NCBI GenBank assembly: GCA_048772705.1
Contig: JBLWGC010000224.1
Coordinates: 62,001-126,000, forward strand
Direction: 5' to 3'
Origin: Leidyana gryllorum EB-2025a
Lineage: Eukaryota > Protista > Apicomplexa
DNA: 64,000 nucleotides
The first letter of the stretch is position 1, and each line of letters begins with the position of its first letter. The notes beneath the pieces are model-generated. The model was not told the DNA's origin. It was given only the letters and a program-made list of their open reading frames with translations, and made no database searches. Both the position numbers and the translations under genes were made by a program. Positions 51,427-61,468 of this stretch are shown here, one piece after another.

Positions 51427-54400
51427 CTAATTCCGTCTGCGCCGCTTCGCGTCCGCTCCGCTTCCCGTACTGCCTCGTTTCCTGCTCCTTGGGGGAGTAT
51501 CCTGCGAAAAGGAAAGCGTTTGCACACACGTCTCGAACATTTGAATACACAATCATTATCGGGGCGACACACTCAAAGATCCGATTGAATTGATAGTTCA
51601 ATCAACGGTTAGATCAGATTGACTTACTTCCTCCTCTTCCTCATCGTCCTCATCGTCTTCGTCTTCCTCTGAGTCAGATTCTGCATCAGAGCCTTCTTCC
51701 TCTTCGTCCTCCTCGGCATCCTCATCGCCTTCGTCACTGTCCTCATCCCCATCAGAATCGCTCGAGCTCTGTCCGAAGGGGTTGATCGAATTGGGATACG
51801 AGTAGATTATGACAACTCACCGTTTCCTGATACTCTTCGTCCTCATCGTCCTCGCTGCTCTCATCGTCGACATCTGAGCCTGCCCCTTCGTCGTCCGACT
51901 CCTTCTTTTTCTTTTCTAAAGGACCATCGCCGAGGAAGCTTTCGAATCCGTCGTCATCCAAGAAGGCGGCAATGTCATTCCGGATTGTTTTCAGGATAGC
52001 TGGCCAAGCCAAGTTTCTCTTGCCTTCATACCACGGAATGTCCATCTCGTTCAACCAGTTCTGCGGAATATGTGTTACTCCTGCGAACTGAAAGCTCTTT
52101 ATCTCACCTTGAGCATATCCAATGAAGCGACAGGGATATTGGTAATGGTTTGCGCCGAGCGTCCATAGTCCTGGAACGTGAAGGAAAGATAAGACAGAGA
52201 TCTCCCCGACTCGAGTCTTTGGAGTTACCTTGGGGACAAAGACGGCATCAAAGTGTTTGAGTTGGTGGAGAACCCTCTCAAAACTGACCACCTCAACGTC
52301 GTCCATGGGCAGAATGAAAGCCGGCCAGTCGGTGAGACTGACGAGACAGTTTTGAGTGGGCATGAGAATGACAGAGCTGTTTGATGGAACACCATGGAAG
52401 GCGAGTTGTCTTGATGGGATCTCGAATTCTATTGGTGCAATCTGTTGCGCTTCATCTACAAATCTCTTGAAGTCCTGATTGAGCTTTCGTCTCTTCTCGT
52501 ATTCCCGCTGCTCTTCGAAGATCTCATCGGGGTCGTTGTTAGAGCGGCTGGTAGCCAGACAAATGGGAGGAGAAAGGATGAGTAAAACACTTACTTCCGT
52601 CTGGCGTCCAGATCGTCAGCCTGACTCGCCGTCTCGCAGTAGAACTGAATGTCTTTCACCTTTTTCTTCTGGACCATTATCGGGGACTGTAGGGTATGAT
52701 GTACTGTGGGAGTTATTTGGGTTCAACTTACTTTGAGATGGAAGTGTAAGAGGACGATCATCTCGTTGGTGACGGGTTGAAAGAAGGCGTGACGAATATT
52801 GCTGTAGATAATATCGATATTTTCACTTCGAATCGCCTGATATCGAAGACCATTAATGTGTGCTTCTAGGTTGCCGATGATTTTCCGGCTGTGTGCGCCT
52901 CCATGACGAACCATAAGATTCCGCAATACCAACCGTTTCCCGCTACGATTGAGGGTCAGAGCTTGTTGCTGAGTGACGTCATCCTCTCGACGATACTTCT
53001 CTTTGGTTCGCGCCCTTTTCATTAGTTCGCGTAGATTCTTGCTTAGTGTCATCAGGTAAGCATCGTTACTCTTGATAATGATCTCTTTGATAAATAGAGC
53101 ATTGTTCTCATTTGACAGGTCGGGAAGCGGACTCTCCTCCTGCTTCGCTCCGCTCAGAGCGCCAGGAACATTGAAGGCAATACGGAGGGTGTGAGTGCGG
53201 TCCTCGTCTTGGTGAGAGACGTTTCTCAGAGTAGACACGTGAAACGGTACATGCCGCTGACCAATAGGGATCAACAAAGTCTCGCGCACTGTGTCAATGC
53301 AGCATTTGTTAGCCTTCAGATCCCTTGGAAATTCCGAGCTGTCTCTATACGCAGTTAAGTGACTCAATTTTCGGATGTCTTTCTTGTCCTTCGCAAAGCC
53401 CATACCTCCCTCTCGGAATCTCTCCCGGAGCTCTTGGAGCTTACGACGCCGTAATTCGCGCTGTTTCGCCAACAACTTCTCCTGCTCCGCCTGGGATATT
53501 CCCGCATTCGCTCGCCGACTTCGGATCCGGGCAGCGGGACCCGCCGAACTCCGCTGCTGGCTCGCCGATGTTCTACTCGTTGCGCTGGAAGCATTGTTCT
53601 TGGCCGTGGGCTTCTGAGCCTTGTCGGCCCGATTCTCCTTCTCAGAGGGCTTGTCCCCCTCCAACGCATAGAGCACATCGTCGAGCTTCTTCGGGCAGCA
53701 GGAGGTCCAAACGAAGGGATTCGGGGCCGTTGGGTCAGTGGGGGCTTCAGGACTTACTAAGACAGTGTCAGCGAGCCAAATCGAGATGGGTTGCTCCAGG
53801 GGGATATTGGGGGCCGCGACAACCACAGAGACAGCCATGTTGGCATCCATAACCTGGTCACTCGAGGCATCGATCTTGAAGTTGGGAATAAAGAGGTTCG
53901 GCGTCCCAATAGCTCCGCCAAAGTCCTGTGTGAGATGCTTGGCCAGTTTGGGATGCTTTTCTTCCGCATAGGCCCACCCGGCGCTGAACACCTCATTGAA
54001 TCGAGCCCCCGGCTTCAACTGACGGATCACAAAGTCTTGGACGTCCAAAGCAGAGGTGTACAGCTGTTTCTCCTCTGACCCCACATCCATAAGGACTGTG
54101 CGAGCCACATGACCAACGGCATTGTGCAGATACTTGAGAGCAACACCGATGACAATCGACCCTCTTCCCAAATGCAGGTCTTTCTCGTTGGGTGCCTCAT
54201 CCGGGTCCAGGGTGAAAGTGCGGCCGGATTCGACCAAAGAGTAGTGCACCTCCAAGCTGCCGCACTCGATGCCCAGTTTCGTCTTCCACTTTGCCACGCG
54301 ACCGGGCTCTTCGAGAGCGCTCTCTGCCTTATCACAGATTGCTCGATGATTCTCCTTGATCTCCTGATCGAGGATGTTCACCACCCGGTTCACCAGCACC

Positions 54401-55189
54401 TCCTTGACAAGCCGACCCGATGCAACACTCGCCAGCCGGGACGGCTCGATGCCCGATCCATCCAAACGGAGCGGGAGACGCGATAAATCATTATCGACGG
54501 CTCTCCAGCGTAACTTGAGGGAGGCGGCCTTCCCAAATTCTCCCGTGTTGAATCCTTCGTTATCCAAGTCAGCTAACCCGTTAAACGGAAAGCCAAGAAC
54601 ACTCATAACAGCCTCCACGACAGCGCCGCGAGGGAGCATAGAATCATTCAGGAACGCTCCAATACGAGGAGGCAGCTCTGCATTGTCTCCAGCTTTGCAT
54701 TTCCCGAACGAGTCTAAAAGCCCAGTTGACTGAAATTGTTCGGCGAAGCTTTCCACCAACTTGGGTTCTCTTTGATAAAACTCGAACTTGAAGTCCTGTC
54801 CAACTTCCGACTTCTCCAGGTCCACAAAGTACCGGACTGTGTCATTGATCAACGCGGAAGAGCACTATCACTTACGCTTCCTCTGCCGTCCCGAGAATAA
54901 CACTCGACGATCCTTGAACAGCACTAAGAGTGTATCAGGGAAGATGAGCATGAAGCTCCATAGACTGCAGCAACACAGGAAGGCGTGAGTTTGCGAACAC
55001 ACCCTCTTACTGGAAGGAGCCTATTCTCTTGAAGAGGTCATCCTCCGTTTTGGGTTGTCCTGTGAGAATGAAAAGGGCATCACATTCCTTCAACTCCGAC
55101 AATGTATCCCAGGCTTCGTATAGTATGTTCCAGTGAGAGCGACACAGCTCAGCATTGATGGGTCCTAATGACTCGGCCTGGGTGGTCAT
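51427..55189 (-). CDS. SPT16: FACT complex subunit
   Basis: Peptidase-like N-domain; VPFHVSTLRNVS; GNLEAHINGLRY; IRHAFFQP; MPTQNCLVSLTDWP; VSFERV; acidic C-terminus. Confidence 0.93.
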
Positions 55190-55398
55190 CACCAAGCTAT
55201 CTCAGCCTTTTGGCCGAACCAACTTTTTCGCACCCCTTTCACCACCCAGAAGCTGCTATGCGTGACAGACAACCAAGGCGTACAGTTCAACAGACCCTCA
55301 GACCTTAGCTACATTACTCCACCGCAGCAAAATCGAACAAGAGTGAAGCAGTAGTAACGCAAGCTTCAAACTCCACAACACAAATGTCACGCAGCGAG

Positions 55399-55433
55399 CG
55401 TGTGTGGTGACAAACGCTTTGTCACCACACACG
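55399..55433. repeat. Perfect 16-bp inverted repeat with 3-nt loop
   Basis: cgtgtgtggtgacaaa-cgc-tttgtcaccacacacg. Confidence 0.92.
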
Positions 55434-55684
55434 TTGAACTGTGCAGCGAACATCTCAGAAGCAGCAGAGATCCGCTCAATTGAACACCACAGAGCACACA
55501 AACGGGAACACAAGGGGCAACCCACAGTCTTCGGTTCAATCGGCACATATAGGTTTTTGTACAGTGAGGCAACAACTGCTCAGAACTGAGTAAGAGTGAC
55601 CTGACCGGGTAGGACGTCTCTCCGCTGACTGGCTGATATATCTGAATGAATGGTTGGCTCATGACGTAAAAATAATTGATATAT

Positions 55685-57308
55685 ATGAACACCCGGAGAT
55701 GTGAGTCCAACTTGGACCATGTCCCTGACGGGACAGTAGTGGGTGCGTCTGATTTTGAGAAGCTCGGGATAATCAGGAGGAGTTCAGGCGATTTGCTAAA
55801 ATGGGGTCGTGACCTTCTGAAATTACCTCGGGAGATAAGAGAAGGCTATGTTATTGTTCGAAGCGCAGGCGAAGGCACATATGGAAAAGTCTTTCTCGCA
55901 CAAAGCGTACAAGACCGTCACGAATTCGTTGCGATAAAGATACTCTCGTTGGCACGCCGAATGGATGGGATACCCGCCACTTCGGTGAAGGAAGTAGCTC
56001 TACTCAAGGATCTCAAACATGAGAACATTGTTGAGTAAGTTCCGTCCGAGGATCGAGCAGAATCAATGTTTCCCAGGCTGAGAGCCGTCTCGCTGAACAC
56101 TGAGTGCTTCGCACTCATATTCGAAGCCTGTGAAACTGACTTGGCTCACTTGCTGGATCACAAGATCAGACGAGAAGCCTATATGAGCCGCCGGCTTGTA
56201 CGGGTGAGTGGAATTCGATAAGTGCCTAACTGATGCGACAAATCCCTCTTTTGCAGGAAATGATGTATCAGCTGCTCAGAGCAGTGGCATACGTCCATCG
56301 ACAGGGCATATTACATCGAGACATCAAGCCCCAGAATATTCTGCTGACTAACAACGAGTCGACTATCAAGTTAGCTGACTTTGGATTGGCCTGTTTAACA
56401 GATTTGAGCCCCCCGCATGAGCAAAAGAATTGCTCTGCAATCACACTTTGGTACCGGCCACCAGAGTTGCTCTTGGGGCATTGTGACTACACACGCGCCG
56501 CGGATATGTGGAGTATTGGATGCGTCTTCGCAGAGATGCTAGTGACTCGCACGGTGCTGAACGCACCAACAGAGGTGGGGCAGCTCCGAAGAATCTTCGG
56601 GTTGCTCAAAGTTCCACATAACATGTTGGAGATCTTCCCTGAGGTTGAGAGTTTACCCTTTCTGACAGATGTTTTGTATACCAACACAGCCCGGTTGCAG
56701 AAGCTGCTGCATACAGTGGTCGATCCTTGGAGTACAGAGTTACTAATGGTAGGTCCTCGGTGCGCCGTTCGTTAATTGCTGTGTGCGAGTGTGTGCAAAT
56801 CTATGTCTCCGGACAATCGTGTACATACAATAGTAATCTTTGATTGCTGTTCGTTGTTTGTGTCAAATGTCACATTGTTGCACAAGTGGTGATGTGTAGC
56901 GTATAAATTGAATGAAACAAAATCTGCGTGTGTTGACTGCGCATCAAATGGGGTGCTTTGAATGTCCGTTTGAGAGGAATGGCTGCCCAACAACGCATTT
57001 TTGGCCTTTAGCGACTGTTGGAGATAGATCCGGTTCGAAGAATCACTGCAGAAGAAGCTTTGAGGCATCCATACTTCACGAATGAGAAGGCGGCCGGAGA
57101 AATATGGAACTTCCATCCGAAACTCACACCTTCCCAATTCGAGAAGACCGTGAATGCTGCGCTACCCCGACTGCAGGCTCCATCCTGCTGTGGGCCCGAG
57201 ATAGTTCCCTCAGTCGATAGTTTGTACCGTACTGAGTTGGCTCGGCTCGCTTGGAATAGCCAGCGCGAGCACGAGTGCTGGCCGGCGGAGAACACTAGTG
57301 CCTCCTAG
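55685..57308 (+). CDS. Cyclin-dependent kinase-like (CRK)
   Basis: GEGTYG, VAIK, GIPATSVKEVALLK, HRDIKPQN, DFGLA, TLWYRPPE, DMWSIGC, RITAEEALRHPYF. Long intron 56749-57011. Confidence 0.9.
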
Positions 57309-59268
57309 CCGCGTCGCGCAACGAACATTCGCATCCGACTTCTCACTCTTCCTGTGTCTGATGCCCCCTTTGTTGTTCCTGTTGTACGACTGTCCGCCGG
57401 TACACTCGAAGTTGCTGTGGTTGATGTAGTGACGGTGAGGTTGCAATATGACGGCGGTTCAGCGTTTCTAAGATGGTCTGGCTGTCGACGCTTGGCTTCA
57501 AGTCGTCGAGTTCGTTCAATCGCCGTTTCATTGAAACGGCGTTGCCACTGGAGACGCAAAGCAAATTGAGGGAACCAGTGTGTGAGAGAAAGAGAGCAGT
57601 AGTGCACAGCGGGCTTACCTCTTCAGCCTCTTCGGGGAGCAGACACTTTTTCTGCACCTCGTGGTGATCTACGAGACGCAACACCTCCTCCAGCTGCGCG
57701 GACGAGTTGAACAATGTAGCGGTGCTGTACTTACGTGCGTACCAGGAGCTCCTCGCTGGCCAGCTTCGGTTGGAGATCGTGCAATACGAGGTGTGGAAGC
57801 GGCGCCGGCAGCAATGTTAGCCGGCGACTGTGCACGAGGGCGCTGAAAACCACCGTTCAACTGCGTTAGATCACGCGGAGTGGCTCCGCGGGGCGAGTTT
57901 GCGCCCATCGAACGCGGATAGACCACGGATTTGGTCGAAAACTTCCGCGGTGGGCGTCGCTTGGAATCTTCCTTAGACTCTGGTTCAATGTCATCAGATC
58001 TCCGTCGCTGTAGGGAAAGCGTCAAATCGACATGCTAGGTGGCGTAGAGAACACTCACGCGGCGCGGTTGCACTTCTCGATCAGCCAAACTCGTCGTGAG
58101 GAACCCCAACGATGCGTTCGATTGGCGATTGGGTCGAGGAGGAGAGACATTGGTATAAACTTCACCACCTCCTGGACTCCGGAGATCAGCTGCTTCCTCA
58201 AAGCCGATCACCCGGGTGCCGCGTCCGTGCTGTTTTTTAGGCGACTTAACCTGGTCAATAACTATCAAAATGGAATGGTGAAGGACCACGAAGCGAATAT
58301 CATACTCACTCCACCCCAAGAAATCTGCTTCTTGATAGTCGCAATATTCCAACTTGGCCATCATTGCCCGTCGGAGCGCTTTTGCATGTACACACAGCAC
58401 TGGAGTTTCGTACTTGTTTAATCCCACAGTATGTTTCAGCGCTTGCCGCGCAGCTACCGCAATCCGCGTTTCGTGCGGTTGCGTCAATACGACTGCAGCG
58501 GATACGCCATTTACAACCAGAGCTCGCAAAAGGTCAACATGTGCCTGATCATCAACAAATCACCACTCAGTCCAACAGCCGGACAGCATACAGCGGCAAA
58601 AGGGATGTGTGATGGGAACAACTCATCAGGGTGCATTTTTGATGTCTGGGGTAATGGTCCACATCATCAATCCGGGTTGAGCGGATAATTTCACGACTCA
58701 GCTGTTGTCATTATCCACCGAGCAAGCTCGCGCCTACATATGTTGACGCCATATCAATCGTCCAGGGATCAGTGATTGAAATGAACGCTAGAACGATCAT
58801 AGTCAGCGAGTTCGCTCATCATTGACAGACACAAACGCATTCCATTGTCTATCGTCAAACCGGCTGTACAGATAGACTTGCTCGACACACGATGTAAATG
58901 TTGGATGATTAACTCACAGCTTGCAGTAGTCCGGCCAATGTTATGATGACGGCCGATCTAGCGAACAAATCGTGTTCGGTAACACACGCGTGTAGTTCGG
59001 CAGGAGAGGAGCCGGGTTCGGGCACGTTGAAGCAAATGAGTTGACCTTGGCGTCGGCCACTATAGGCATTTTCTTGGTCAGAGCAGGGACCGACAAGGGC
59101 ATCCACCAGCCGGTTTTTGTCATTGTTCACCTGTCCCACTACAGCAACGCTGTACCGGCCGATAAGACAATTGTCGGGATCATCGGCCAGGATAGGCTCA
59201 GACGTTCCACTCGCTGAAAGTCCAAAGAAACTCTGAAAGGCTTCGACTGCTTCCGAAACGTTGTTCAT
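57305..59268 (-). CDS. Multi-exon hypothetical protein with degenerate P-loop-like N-terminus
   Basis: VAVVGQVNNDKNRLVDALVG. Minus-strand ORFs joined by short introns; last exon WQRRFNE...ARRG*. Confidence 0.5.
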
Positions 59269-59291
59269 GATTGATTAATTCAGATAGACAA

Positions 59292-59637
59292 ATGCATAGC
59301 TTCTTCTTGTTCTTCCTCAGTTCTTTCTACCTCACAAATGCGTTCTCTCTGCCAATGCCGCTGGGAGATTCCCTGCGCCCCCCAACAACAAATGTACACA
59401 TCCCCGTACCCATACGGCGTCGTGCTGTCCTACTCCCTCCTCCGGGGCCTCTGTTAAAACGCTTAACACCAATCAGTGTCGTTCCGGAAACCGTAGGCAG
59501 AGAACGGTGAACCAGGCATATACTTTTCTCCGTGTTGACAGCTAGATTCCGCGCTCCGGATCCTCACGGCCACCGCTAACCTTCTAGAAGTGGAGCGCAA
59601 CAAGTCAGAGGAGCTCAAGGACATACTGACGGAATGA
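59292..59637 (+). CDS. Small (98 aa) spliced protein with putative signal peptide
   Basis: MHSFFLFFLSSFYLTNAFS..., phase-0 intron 59493-59541, helical second exon LDSALRILTATANLLEVERNKSEELKDILTE*. Confidence 0.5.
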
Positions 59638-60434
59638 AGAGGATTTCAACATTCCTACTGCTCCTTCAACTACTCTCACTGTGTTCTCCGGCAAGTGGAG
59701 AGCCACCTTACGACAGACCTTTTTCACCGCGATGTCACGAAGTTCTCGGAATATGCCAACGGGCTTGTAACGAGTGTTGGGGATCCTTCACGCCCGAGGA
59801 CTTTGCAGACTGCATTGCCTACCAGGGAGTCCCTGAATGCGAGTATCGAGCTGATGTGCTGACTGTTCTGGCCGGCGGGATACGTTCGTGCACGTTGATG
59901 GGTAGTCGCTCGATTGCTGTCGATTTTGAGCCCTGGGCTTCTATCCGTCAGCCGTACGGACGAATACAAGAGGTGAGTTCCGCCAACGGTGTGCCCGAAC
60001 ACTCTCATCCCATCCGAAAGATCTATCTCAAGTTTGCGTTTGAAGAACTCCCGTATTCATGTCGAGAAGACGTTGGCCGTTCGTACTCTACGTCTGTCAA
60101 ACTGGCTTTCGACTACTCGACCACCTCTTGTGAGTTCGACCAGATGGCAGCCGCAGACACTTCCGCGACAATGCAAGCGGGAGGCGACTCTCTTTACTTT
60201 AGAATCACTGAGATCCCCGAGATCCACGATCTGATGATACGCATAGGCCACGAGGCAATCTACCCCGAAGTCGGCCCCTTGCGTCCCTTCAGATTCTCAG
60301 CAAAGGTACCCGAGGAGTGCATCAGCTCCTCTCTCCACCCCCTCACGGGGCTGGGGAATGAAAACGTGGTTACTGCAACCATGTTATGGGACATGCGAAA
60401 CTTTGAATCTTTTCAAAGAGTGACTGTCAAATAG
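59634..60434 (+). CDS. Secreted cysteine-rich protein of unknown family (A)
   Basis: Signal peptide MKRISTFLLLLQLLSLCSPASG; 266-aa intronless ORF with multiple Cys. Confidence 0.7.
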   Translation: MKRISTFLLLLQLLSLCSPASGEPPYDRPFSPRCHEVLGICQRACNECWGSFTPEDFADCIAYQGVPECEYRADVLTVLAGGIRSCTLMGSRSIAVDFEPWASIRQPYGRIQEVSSANGVPEHSHPIRKIYLKFAFEELPYSCREDVGRSYSTSVKLAFDYSTTSCEFDQMAAADTSATMQAGGDSLYFRITEIPEIHDLMIRIGHEAIYPEVGPLRPFRFSAKVPEECISSSLHPLTGLGNENVVTATMLWDMRNFESFQRVTVK

Positions 60435-60520
60435 TCAGACTCCACGTTTGGGCACTCGCGATCACTCGGGATGACTCGCGTTGACTCGGGATGACTCTAC
60501 TCACTCACACCCGGAAACTT

Positions 60521-61390
60521 TCAGTCCGAGCGCAACGAAAAGAGCTCCAAATAGGCCTCAGTTTTAACCACTTCCCCTTCGCAGGTCGGGTTGAGCCAGT
60601 GAATTTGGGCGCGGGGACTCGTCAGCAGGAGTCCAAAGTAGGTTGGATCGAGCCAGAAACTGCGTTCTGATTCCTCAAAGTCGACAGCCATGCGGTTTCT
60701 GCGGCCAAAGTGGTGATAGTCGCCGCCAGTGTAGACCTCGCGATCGCACTCCACATTTCCAGAAGACCCCTCCTTCTCAGCAGCCGTTCTGTGCATAGTC
60801 GCGTAGACGTCAAAGGTGGTCAGGTAGTAGGCCATTGGAGAGCTCTTTGTACAATGGTCACTTCTGGTGGCATGCTGTGACCACACCACTCGAGCCTAAC
60901 CGATCTAAAATGTGGTGGGCAAAGGCGGAGGGGGGGGGGAGCGGGAGCGGGGAGTCGAACACATGACGAGTCAAGTATCTCTTTCTCACTGAGGTTAGTT
61001 TGGAGGGTACATCATTGAGCTCGAATCCAGCAAGCATGTGATTTTGTACGGAGCAGAGGGTGCCAAGGATGGGGGTGGACTCCAGATAGTCAAACTGACA
61101 CTGAGTGGCCTTGTGTGCATCGAAACAGTTCCTCAATGACTCCTAAGTGCGGTCATCTTACAGAGAGAGGGTTGTCGCTCACGTAGCTACTGGAGGCTGA
61201 GCAATAATAGGTACATATATTGATACAGTGTTGGCGTGTAATAAAGTGGTGGGGTCTACGGCCATTGAGTCGTGCCGTCTCACACTGGGGGAGTACCGAG
61301 GCTCCACTGACCGATAATAGGCCATAAGAAAGAACTCCAAACCTATGCCCAATTTGGTTGTTTTGCTCGCACACTGGCTCACCAGTACAT
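60521..61390 (-). CDS. Secreted cysteine-rich protein of unknown family (B), about 231 aa
   Basis: Exons 61390-61383, 61342-61183, 61142-60990 and 60895-60521 join in frame (696 nt). Signal-like N-terminus MYWFGVLSYGLLSVSGA. Confidence 0.6.
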
Positions 61391-61468
61391 TCACAAGTGA
61401 GACACGTTAGACAGGAGTAGCCACAAATTTTTTTTGTTGTCTTATCTGAGTGCAGTCTACGATTCGCA

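Noticed and set aside
60924-60953. G-run / G-quadruplex candidate
   Set aside because: More simply the C-rich pyrimidine tract of the minus-strand intron 60896-60989.
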